From assembly GCA_000934665.2 (NCBI GenBank), contig KZ538272.1, forward strand, positions 62,001-89,152: 27,152 nt of DNA, in the 5' to 3' direction. Source of the DNA: Catajapyx aquilonaris (taxonomy: Eukaryota). The translations under genes and the position numbers were made by a program. Shown one piece after another: positions 13,601 through 22,478 of this stretch (its first letter is position 1; each line of letters begins with the position of its first letter). The notes below the pieces were generated by a model. That model made no database searches and was not told the DNA's origin. It worked only from the letters and a program-made list of their open reading frames with translations.

Positions 13601-16600
13601 TTCGTGGACAACACCAGGCTGGAGCCGACCACTTCCGGACCACAGATGATGATGCCTTATATGGTCACCTCATCGTCCTCTGGTTCGTACGACAGCTCGG
13701 GATACCGGAGCGTGTATGGGAAGGCTCAGGCCCCGGGGCACTACGCCTCGGGGCGGTTTGCCATTGGAAGCTACCATGACAGCGTCGGGGATGTGGTCAG
13801 CCATGTGAATATCACCAACGTCAGGGTCGAGGACGGAGGAGAGTACAAGTGTGTTGCGTCCAACCAGGTCGGGTTCGTCCAGCACTCGGCCAGGGTCAAT
13901 GTCTATGGTATGTACAGAAATTCTGCCGATAGCATGCTGTACACACTAGCAAAATTATATACACCTAATCCCCTTATTCTCTCTGTCCACAAGTTTGTCC
14001 GGTCATAAACAAGGTAGTAGTTACCATAGTTTTCCCTTAGTGGGTATCCTACATAGCGGTCAGAGAGGGTCGGACCCACTTTAATGGAGGCGGTTATCTC
14101 ACCTTTGTCCCCACAGTGAACTCATCACCAACGTGCGCGTAGTACTACTTTCCCCCTAGGCACGGCAGTAGTGCGCACAAAGGCAGCCTATGCGCCAGTT
14201 GGTAGGGGCATATCGTACTACATCCAAGTGAGGTTGGGTGGGCCAAGCAGTGTTGCTAAAATTTGGCAACGAGTCCGCTACTATGTATAGTTATTAATAT
14301 TACTGGAAGTTTGATCCGGCGAATTGAAAGAGGTCGCTGTGCAAACTGGGCTCCATTTATGATGAACACAGGTGGGTTTATGGTGGTTGACCCCTCATTG
14401 CGGCATGTTGTCACAGCAGATCATAATACGTCAACGTCATCCAAATGGTTAGACATTTACGCGGTTACTGTTGTGACAACATTGTTCTGAACCAAGCCCC
14501 AGCAATAATTAACACCACCATATAATAACTCACACGCGTGACAATAAAACACCGCGCACTTTTCACGTGTTTATTAATTATTACTCGCCCAATGAAAGCG
14601 CTGGATGCCAGTAATGTTATTTATATGCAATCGTGATTTTATGTTGCAGGCCCCCTTTTCGTGAAATCGATGCGAAATCTGACCCTCATTGCTGGTAAGC
14701 ACGCGTACGTCGCCTGTCCGTACACCGGATACCCAGTCGAGAGAGTCATCTGGGCAAAGGAAGATCGGGCCATCCCGTTCAACATACGTCAAAAGGTGCT
14801 ACTAAACGGTACGCTCCTTCTGGAAAGAGTGGACGGCGCAGCTGACCGAGGCACGTACACCTGCACAGTGTCCAACAGACAAGGACAGACAGCATCCAGC
14901 ACACTGTCCATCAACATAATGAGTAAGTTAACTGCACTTTCTTATCAACAAATCTACTGGTACCGGTACTGACTTGTAGACAGCCTATTGTTCAGATGTA
15001 CTGACTTGTAAATGGTACATCACGACGTACTGATTCATGTACCGACTTGGAGGTGGTACTTTGTTATCAACAAATACTGTCTACGGTACTGACCTGGTAC
15101 TGACTCGTAAAGAGCTGCTGTACTGACTTGTAAATGGTACATCACGACGTACTGATTCATGTACCGACTTGGAGGTGGTACTTTGTTATCAACAAATACT
15201 GTCTACGGTACTGACCTGGTACTGACTTGTAAAGAGCTGCTGTACTGACTTGTAAATGGTACATCACGACGTACTGATTCATGTACCGACTTGGAGGTGG
15301 TACTTTGATATCAACAAATACTGTCTACGGTTCTGACTTGGAGAGAGCCAATAGTTCCGATGTACTGACTTCAAGATGGTACACCCCGATGTATCGATTC
15401 ATGTACTAACTTGGACGTTCCATCTTCAGTACTGACTTGTAGACTGCATTTTTTAAATCACAAAATACCACATCCTAGTCAGTACATGAATCAGTACATG
15501 AATATTATTACAGTGTACATTAAGTCCAACTTTTTTTTAAAAAAATTGCGTAATCAAATTTTATTCTTAATTACTCTCCCCCCAAGTGATTAGAGCCTCT
15601 TCCGTCCAGATCACACCGCCATTAACGCTGATGGAAAGCGCGTTCCTGTCTCGCCATTTGGCGTCAAATTGCTGGGACCCCGGTTTTCCGACTGACCGCC
15701 ACCGGGGAGGGATGCCCCCGGAGATATCCGGGGAGAGGGGTTACCACGCGGTTTTGCACAAAAAAAAACAAAAAAACACACACGGTTGGTTGACCTCCGT
15801 CACTCATTTCCAGCCTCTTCGTTTTCAATTCCAACCAGAACTGGTTTTCGCCCCCTCGGCATAGCCTGTTTTTTTATTATATAGGACCGGATAGGTAGGG
15901 AGAGAAAGAGATGGACTTATCTCTCGCTTGCTGCCTGGAGGACTTGCTGAGTCAATTCTATTCAGATTTTGCTGACTGCAGCTCTATTGTTCAAACGGCT
16001 CGAAATGATGGATGATAAGGTGTGACGACGAATATATTCCGCCCTGAAGGAAGGCCCGGGGGCCGCACTGTGGAAACATGCGAACCGGTATTGTTTCATA
16101 CTGTATCGAGCGACAGCATTTTGATTTTTGAGCACAAATTATTCGATATGCACTACTGTCCACAAAATATTTCAGCTTTAATGTGTTAATAAGCAGTGAG
16201 AAAAAGTCTACTCGAATCACGCTCGCATGGATTGTTTAAAAATATTATTTGCTAGTATATGTGTGACTTCCGGGATTATTTTGGAGAAACTTGGTGGCGT
16301 GATATCTCGCGAGATCAGAAGCCATATATTATCATCGAGCGAGCTGGTGATGGAATCCGGCTTGACTTTTAAGACCCCTCTCCCTGTAGAAAAATAAGTA
16401 TTGACGCTGGGTAACATCCAGCAGAGCAATTACTGTAATTGGGGGTCGGTATTTTTGAGAGGTGCCCCTCTCTTTTTTTCAGAGCCGCCTGAAATCGCCC
16501 CGTTCACTTTTCCATCCAATCTGAAGGAAGGGATGCGGACCTCAATCCCTTGCAACATCATCTCTGGAGACCTCCCCATTTCCATCACCTGGATGAAGGA

Positions 16601-19600
16601 CGGCCAGTCGCCTCCACAGGCACTCAATATCTCGGAGACACGCAACAAGTTCCTCAGCTACCTTGTGTTCGAGGACATCAGGGCCATTCACAACGGGTTG
16701 TACACATGTATCGCTTCAAACGCGGCCGCAACCACCAACTACACAGCCAGACTCGAGGTCAAAGGTTAGCTTACAGTTTTTTGTTACTGGCAGTCCAATT
16801 TTCCAGGCATTGTTTGACACACAGCTCCAGGAGTAATTGCCCCATAAAACTTAGTGTTCTACCTGCACAATCCGGGCGGTTCTTTTTTTTTTCGAAAGGG
16901 AAATGACGAAGCCCATTATCGCCCCATGAACACTTCCCAAACTGCCGTCATAAATAAGCTGGAATGGGAATTTAAATTTTTCTTGCGTCACACCCACTAT
17001 GGGAGAGTGGGATTTTTTTTTTTAGTTCAGCGTTTAGGAAATGGAGTCGTCATCATCTGGTGACCATAATGGCAGGGTTTTAACGCTTTTTTATATATAT
17101 AGACCTGACAGTATTTTCATGCCTCGATTTTTTTTTTACACCTGAGTTTACTGTTTCCAGTGGCACCACGATGGGTGGTGGAACCCCAGGACAGAGAGGT
17201 GCTTCTGGGCAACGATATCACCTTGCCTTGCCAAGCCGAAGGTGTTCCGACACCCGAGATCAAATGGATGAAAACGCAAGGTAGATACATAGCACGGCTT
17301 AGTGAAACCGGACCGGACAATCACAACACTTGTCCTATTTCTCTCCAGGATCAAAGCTGACCAACTACCGTCCCCTGGAGGTGAGCAACAGGGTGGTACC
17401 TGCCAAAAACGGCTCTCTGGTGTTGAGTTTCGCCTCTCCGGACGACGAGGGCCATTACATATGCGAGGCAGTCAACGGTGTCGGCTCAGGACTCAGCAAA
17501 GTTATTTTCCTGCACGTCAATGGTGAGTGGCTTTGAATATCTCCCCCCCTTTGGTCTCTCTCATGAGAGTTGGGTGTGGGGGGAAGAGGAGCCTGGATGC
17601 TGGATCACCTTTCCATCATCTTCCATCATGACTCTCCATTTCCCACGCGTCACTCAAAATCAGTGGGAAAGCACTCCCGGGAACGCAGTTTGCGCTCTAT
17701 AATATTATCCGGGGCTGGAGTTCGATCTGGTCTTGGTATACGTATGTTGGTTGACAGCACAGGAGCGTCTCGTCGGAATAAGCTGACGACGACACGGCCT
17801 GCTACAATCTAGAGATTAAATCCGATTCATCCTGACTGTTAAGAGCTACCCTCAAGCCTTCCCTGTGTTGCGGATCACCAACATGTGAGGATAACTTTCC
17901 TGTTTTTACAGTTCCTCCTAAGGTGAAGGACAGAAGCAGACAGCAGGTGATAGGAGAAGGCAGCAGCACGGTGCTGTTGTGTGAGGCTGAGGGTGACCTT
18001 CCAGTGGAGATCCTGTGGGTTAAGGATGGGAAGGTGCTCAACTTTGACGTGGCCCGATTCACAGAGAAGCACACTGAGGGCAAAGGAGCATTGGTGTCGG
18101 AGATCAGTCTGTCTGGAGCAGAGGCGCCGGATTCAGGCACCTACATATGCATGGCCACCAACAAGTTCGGTAGGGATGAAGCGCACATCACCCTAGAGGT
18201 CAAAGGTGAGCCAGATTAGTGATTTGCCTGAGTGCATCACCATAACTCGAAGGTGTTGTTTTCCAGCAAGACCTGAGCCACCTGCCGACTTCTCAATCCA
18301 AGAGCTTGGAAGCCAGTTCATCAAGCTATCGTGGTCTCCTCCTCGTCTGGGTCACAGCCCAACCACGCACTATGTCCTCCAGTACAAACCGTCCAGGGAG
18401 CAGTGGGTGAACAAAGCCAACAATGTGACTGTCAAAGCCCCAGCCACGTCCGCCAACGTGAAGGGTCTGGCACCTTCCTCGTCGTACCACCTGAGAATCT
18501 ATGCTGCCAATGAGATAGGAGTCAGCCTGCCCAGTGAGACACTGGCTGTCATGACACTCCAGGAGGCTCCGGATGGTCCACCGCTCAACATCACTCTCAC
18601 TCCCATTGACTCCGAGAGTGTCAAAGTGTCCTGGAAGGTAAGCACCAAAAGCATCAGCCTCAGATAATATATTATTAACATCGGTATATACTTACAGCCT
18701 CCGGTTGAGCACCTTCAAAACGGAGGCATCTTGGGATACCACGTGTACTACTGGCCTGAGGATCAGGCGAAAGAGTTTCGAAAGACGACAATCCAGACTG
18801 GAATCCATCTGCATACAACGTTGCACAATCTGAAGCCATACACTCGGTACCATGTGTACATGCAGGCGTTCAATGGGGCAGGACAGAGCCCACCTTCGAC
18901 CAACCACACTGTACGGACATTGGAGGGTGGTAGGTAAAGATGTTGTACATTACACATATGCCGGCCTGTGTTAAAGGTACACATGGGTATAATATGCACC
19001 TCTTTTTCTCCAGCACCAAACGCACCTCCAGTTGAGGTCAAATGCACCGCACTGTCATCTCAGAGCCTGCAGGTCAAATGGGGCGCACCTCCCACAGGAC
19101 ACATCAATGGGCTACTGCAGGGATATAAGGTGCAGTATCATCCTGTGCGACATGTGGCTGGGGTCAGGACAGAGGTCAAGAAGACCGGGAACAGAGAGAC
19201 CACACTCCATGGGCTGGCAAAGTTCACCAACTACAGCGTAACAGTGTTGGGATACACCGGTGGAGGAGAAGGAATTGGAAGCTCGCCCATTTACTGCCAC
19301 ACTGATGAAGATGGTACTGTTACACAATAATTAATTAATAAGCAATTAATAATGCTTGGTACAGTTCCAGATGAACCGGCAGACATCAAGGCAGCCGCCA
19401 TGTCCTCCGACTCCATTGTGGTGGCCTGGCTGCCACCCATGCGTCCCAATGGTGTGGTGATAAAGTACACTGTGTACATGAAGGCCGCACATGAAAGCAC
19501 TGCCAAAGCAATCACTGTGAGCCAGCATGCAGGATGCTTGTATGAAGCCAGAGGATTGCGTGAGAACAACCGTTATGAGTTCTGGGTCACGGCTGCCACC

Positions 19601-22207
19601 ACTGTCGGAGAGGGTCAGAGGTCATCCATGGTGACAGCAGGACTCACCACACGTGTGCCAGCGAAGATCGCTTCATTTCCAACCCAGACTCAAACCATAA
19701 CGGGTCGACCTATAATACTGCCATGCTACTCAGTGGGAATACCGTCGCCAAAGGTGATCTGGTATCACATCCGCTCAAATGGGGAACGCAAAGGATTACA
19801 GTCGCAGGTGCTCAGGAACGGATCGCTCATAATAGACAACGCAAAAGAGTCGGACGAGGGGAACTACTCATGCGAAGTGGAGAACATATTTGGGAGTGAC
19901 AAGATCATCCACGGTTTGGTGATACAGAAGCCGCCAGCCATACCGAGGCTGGAAGTGGCATACTCCACACCAACATCAATACATCTGCAATGGAAGGTTG
20001 ATGATGATGGGGACAGTCCGATTCAAGGATATGTGTTGAACTACAAGCAAGAGTTTGAGGGATGGAAAACGCTGAGTCTACTTCCAGAGCTGGAGTCGTA
20101 CAGTTTGACGAACTTATCATGCGGCACGACTTATCACTTCACACTCACTGCCACCAATCAGGTCGGAGAGAGCAAGCCGAGTCCAACCATAAGTGCAAAG
20201 ACTAAAGGGGCAGCACCAAAGCTTCCAAGACTTCAGGACTTGCTGAGTGCCAACCGCACCTCTGTCACCATTCACCTCTACACGTGGCCAAACGGAGGGT
20301 GTCCCATCCAGTTCTTTGCAATCCAGTACAAAGCTAAGGAGGCCAACGAGTGGCTGTTGGCTTCTGGGAACATCCTGCCTCAGATGGAGAACTTTGTCAT
20401 CTCAGATCTGACGCCGGACCAGTGGTATACGCTTCAGGTACAAGCGCATAACGATGCGGGATCCACCACAGGAGAATTCACCTTCCTCGCACGTCTTCAC
20501 TCTACAAGTAAGTAATGTCAAAACCAAAATGCACAAGAATATGAAGCATTGTACTAACCTGGTCTTACAAATACTTCCGCAGCATTTGTACCAGTGGATG
20601 CTCGTCCCACGTCTTACTCCGACCTGGTTGAATATCAGCCTCCTTTCTACATGGATCCACATGTGATTGTTCCTGTGATATCTGGCGTCATCTGCGTGTC
20701 TGCATTTACTATCTGTGTGTGCCTCATATTGAAACGCCGCAGCTACCACGGTTACCACAAGGGCAGCATCAAGTCTTCCCAGCAGTCCCCGCACTCTGAC
20801 AGCTGGAATGTGATGCAGACTCCGACCTCCCCAAGCAAGGTCAAAGGTGGAGACTCTTCCTTGAGTGGTCAGAAGGGCAGCGACTCCGACCCTCAGTACA
20901 ATGGAACCATGTCACTTTATGCAACTTTAAACGTGCCAGACAGTGACGTAAACACTATGGACCACAGCATGCATTTCCAGACATTTGACCAGCGAGAGTG
21001 TTATTCAGGGCAGCCAAAGGTCATCCCAGTCAAGTCCGTAAGGAAGAAGTCTGACCCAATTATCACCATCACAAACACAGGGTCAAGAAGCCCGCCGGAC
21101 GGGCTCAGTTTAGGTGAGATTGCTACTTCATGATTTTCACACTTACATAATCACACACGTATGACAAATGTCTTAACCCAGCATTATCTTATTCCGATTT
21201 ACAGTTTTTATTTTCAACAGGATTTGTAGTAACTGAAACTGTATTTTTCAGAGATATCGTGTATATCTAGTCAGTATCCAAAGCCCAATCCAGGTGGGCC
21301 GGTCCAGCAGTGTCAACAGGATAAAATGCTTCCCCCAATCAGCGCCCGGAGCGTCTCTTTCATCCCTCCTCCACTCTTCTCGGACTCGGAGGACACAAGC
21401 GAGTCGCCCTACGCAGACAACAATCCTCCAACGTACCAAGTGCCTGTCAGACAACGAAAAGGTAAACACCCAAAACATGCTACTATTCTCACCGACTCAA
21501 TTTGCAATAAATAAGGTGTGACAAAACATCGGAAAAAGTAATCCCTGACAGTGTGTTTGTTTGTTCGTCTTCTGTTGGAAGGCCAATGGAACTGTCCCCC
21601 GCCACCCGACAGCAGCACCGAGTCCAACGAGCCTTCCCCAGTCATGAAGCGATTCGCCCTTCGCAAGTCCAGCAAACATTCATCCAAGCCGGGGAAAATG
21701 AACGCGTCCAGGTACTGAGCTTCATTGGGGAAACATTTCGCATTTAAGAGAGTCAAAATCAGGATTTTAGGCCCATTTTACATTGTGTGTGCAAAAAGAG
21801 AGAGCTTTTTTTTCCCCCTCCCCCCCCTTGTAAAAATCATTTTGGGTTTATGAGAAAACTCAAGTGCCTTCCAATTATTTATTTTTTTTTGCCGTCATCG
21901 CCCGCCAAGTAATGCACGTTGTATACCAGCAATTGCATTTTTCGTGCCAACTGAAATTTTGCAGGTTCCAGCACTCCTTCGTGCCTTGTGTTGTTGAGTC
22001 GCCACTCTCTTGTTGCTCTATTACTATTTTATTTTGAAAGGTTTTTTTGAACGGGGAATTTCCTCTTCCCTTTCCAGCGACGTCTCCGGTGAAGTCGCTC
22101 ATAATTTCTCGTCACGATGGCACCCGTTTTCAAGGCATAGTGATTGTCGAGAGTTTTCGGATGCGGAGTGCGATCGGGGAGAAGTGGGATTTCCTCGAGT
22201 TCATTAA
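1434..22207 (+). CDS. Dscam: Down syndrome cell adhesion molecule (Dscam-family, non-hypervariable/Dscam2-like), 5'-partial, 18 coding exons
   Basis: Exons: 1434-1602, 6887-7017, 9864-9987, 12319-12764, 13491-13907, 14650-14922, 16483-16764, 17161-17280, 17349-17522, 17912-18205, 18267-18637, 18698-18929, 19014-19313, 19365-20507, 20583-21113, 21252-21461, 21582-21711, 22078-22207. All introns are GT..AG with matching phases; the total of 5477 nt plus 1 upstream base gives 1826 codons including the stop. Domain order Ig2-Ig9, 4xFN3, Ig10, 2xFN3, TM, tail is the Dscam architecture. Dscam-typical motifs: VVDQYYE..GNTAVMKC, QQTLQPGPSVSLKCSASGNPTP, GDVVSHVNITNVRVEDGGEYKC, SGDLPISITWMKDG, WPNGGCPI. 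Paralogue assignment is inference. Confidence 0.95.
3133..3654. mobile_element. Older TIR element (pogo-like MITE) interrupted by the 3246-3577 MITE
   Basis: Left CAGTCAATTGGGGTGAGATTGTGCCAG..GCATTTTTTGGACA..CAGTGCGCCC matches the reverse complement of the right end, CCGTCAAACGGGGTGAGATTGTGCCAGCGCATTTCTTGGACAACAGTGCGCCC. TA at 3655-3656; GA (decayed TA?) at 3131-3132. A 20-nt subterminal duplication at 3141/3161. Confidence 0.72.
3246..3577. mobile_element. Tc1/mariner-type MITE, 332 bp, ~107-bp imperfect TIRs, TA target-site duplication
   Basis: TA|CAGGGTGTTTCAACTTTTTTGTCCGAACAGTTATCGGAAAATTGCACGTAGCTGCT (3246-) mirrors AGCAGCTACGTGCAATTTTCCGATAACTGTTCGCACAAAAAAGTTGAAACACCCTG|TA (-3577); no transposase ORF. 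Confidence 0.88.
6887..7017 (+). CDS. Dscam: Dscam exon, C-terminal half of Ig2
   Basis: pyrimidine tract + cag|G TAT TAC; YYILTTGELVIHNV..CQTQHRLTKET; donor G|gtgagt. Confidence 0.9.
7100..7284. repeat. Degenerate ~16-bp tandem repeat (TTTGGATGTCATTCAG-like)
   Basis: tttggatgttattcag, tttggattttatttca, tttggatgcggctcaa, tttggaatgtcattaa, tttggtgtagctcag, tttggatgtcattcag. Confidence 0.6.
9712..9744 (+). repeat. 33-bp dispersed repeat, copy 1
   Basis: TGAGATAAAGTATACTCGAATCACGCTCGCGTG; 30/33 identical to 16197-16229. Confidence 0.85.
9864..9987 (+). CDS. Dscam: Dscam exon, N-terminal half of Ig3 (position of Dscam1 exon 6), 124 nt
   Basis: poly-T + gcag|AA GCA; EAHGNDPPQL..VELLCIALGQPPPSYR; donor AG|gtaaaa joins to WFK in the next exon. 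Confidence 0.9.
10217..10298. other. Assembly gap (82 N) flanked by poly-G
   Basis: N run between a T-tract/G17 on the left and G7 on the right. Confidence 0.99.
12319..12764 (+). CDS. Dscam: Dscam exon, Ig3 C-half + Ig4
   Basis: tccatcag|G TGG TTC AAG; DNGTYRCEITNSVG, PLTVHVQPQQQ..FNC..WLKNG..EDRGMYQC; donor C|gtaagt. Confidence 0.93.
13491..13907 (+). CDS. Dscam: Dscam exon, Ig5 (with ~40-aa insertion)
   Basis: ttgtcag|AT GTG TCT CCG; QQTLQPGPSVSLKCSASGNPTPEITW ... GDVVSHVNITNVRVEDGGEYKC..ARVNVYG; donor G|gtatgt. Confidence 0.93.
14650..14922 (+). CDS. Dscam: Dscam exon, Ig6
   Basis: ttgcag|GC CCC CTT; CPYTGYPVERVIW..RQKVLLNGTLLL..DRGTYTC; donor A|gtaagt. Confidence 0.93.
14942..15500. 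repeat. 122-bp tandem repeat array (units start 14999, 15121, 15243; diverged 15363) built from GTACTGAC subrepeats, ending in an inverted copy
   Basis: Near-identical TACTGACTTGTAAATGGTACATCACGACGTACTGATTCATGTACCGACTTGGAGGTGGTACTTTG at 122-nt period; inverted AGTCAGTACATGAATCAGTAC at 15477-15497. Confidence 0.92.
16197..16229 (+). repeat. 33-bp dispersed repeat, copy 2
   Basis: TGAGAAAAAGTCTACTCGAATCACGCTCGCATG; shares an exact 18-mer TACTCGAATCACGCTCGC with 9724-9741. Confidence 0.85.
16483..16764 (+). CDS. Dscam: Dscam exon, Ig7 (position of Dscam1 exon 9 / Dscam2 exon 10)
   Basis: ttttcag|AG CCG CCT; PPEIAPFTFP..GMRTSIPCNIISGDLPISITWMKDG..HNGLYTCIASNAAA; donor G|gttagc. Confidence 0.94.
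17161..17522 (+). CDS. Dscam: Dscam Ig8, two exons (17161-17280, 17349-17522)
   Basis: VAPRWVVEPQD..CQAEGVPTPEIKW | NGSL..DEGHYICEAVNGVGSGLSKVIFLHV; 68-nt GT..AG intron. Confidence 0.92.
17912..18205 (+). CDS. Dscam: Dscam exon, Ig9
   Basis: tttacag|TT CCT CCT; LLCEAEGDLPVEILWVKDG..DSGTYICMATNKFGRD; donor G|gtgagc. Confidence 0.92.
18267..19313 (+). CDS. Dscam: Dscam FNIII 1-3, three exons (18267-18637, 18698-18929, 19014-19313)
   Basis: FN3 signatures LSWSPP..YVLQY..GLAPSSSYHLRIYAANEIG; LQNGGILGY..LKPYTRY..QAFNGAG; CTALSSQSLQVKW..LAKFTNYSV; 60- and 84-nt introns. Confidence 0.92.
19365..20507 (+). CDS. Dscam: Dscam large exon, FNIII4-Ig10-FNIII5-FNIII6
   Basis: 1143-nt exon; VPDEPADIKA..YEFWVTAATTVGEG, VPAKIASF..LPC..G.PSP..DEGNYSCEVENIFGSD, LSCGTTY, WPNGGCPIQFF; donor A|gtaagt. 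Confidence 0.94.
20583..21113 (+). CDS. Dscam: Dscam exon, juxtamembrane + TM helix (20663-20731) + proximal cytoplasmic tail
   Basis: Perfect TACTAAC branch point at 20552-20558, then ccgcag acceptor (an in-frame alternative AG at 20594 is possible). 23-aa hydrophobic VIVPVISGVICVSAFTICVCLIL followed by KRR; SLYATL and HFQTF in the tail; donor G|gtgaga. Confidence 0.88.
21252..22207 (+). CDS. Dscam: Dscam distal cytoplasmic-tail exons (21252-21461, 21582-21711, 22078-22207)
   Basis: Phase-consistent joins give LEISCISSQ..YQVPV, DSSTESNEPSP and REFSDAECDR..PRVH*. I recall these motifs from insect Dscam2-like tails (not checked by search). The 21582 acceptor is AAG and less certain; 21552 is an in-frame alternative. 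Confidence 0.7.
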
Positions 22208-22434
22208 TGAAAAAAACTATATCTCTACCAAAGGGTGCTAAGAAAAAATAGGTAAATATTGCAGTTGTGGTAATAATGGGAGTGGGACATTTGTTTTGGT
22301 GACGGTGGTGGTGGGAGAAGTGAGAAAAAAAAAGTGGCACCAGTTTCTGTTGGGTGTGAGCCTCAGGAAGTTTTAATTGCAGAACTTAACTATGGTGGAG
22401 GTTGGCACAGGTTGTACATACTGATGATAAAAAA

Positions 22435-22440
22435 TTTATT
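22435..22440 (-). terminator. Candidate polyadenylation signal of PIG-G
   Basis: TTTATT on + (AATAAA on -), ~190 nt past the PIG-G stop; another AATAAA overlaps the stop codon (22626-22631). Confidence 0.45.
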
Positions 22441-22472
22441 AATGTTACTGTCAGCATATCAACCTTTCTGTA

Positions 22473-22478
22473 AATAAA
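22473..22478 (+). terminator. Candidate polyadenylation signal of Dscam
   Basis: First AATAAA on + after the stop at 22207, followed by GT/T-rich ctgttgtagtttccctgt. Confidence 0.55.

Noticed and set aside
14942..15440. CRISPR-like look of recurring GTACTGAC motifs with spacers
   Set aside because: The spacers are themselves repeated at a 122-nt period, the context is a eukaryotic intron and there are no cas genes; it is a tandem repeat.
20508..20582. Retention of the 75-nt intron before the TM exon giving a secreted tail-less Dscam (..LHSTSK*)
   Set aside because: The stop is a by-product of the GTAAGTAA donor, the intron has a perfect branch point and no poly(A) signal, so nothing in the sequence favours retention.
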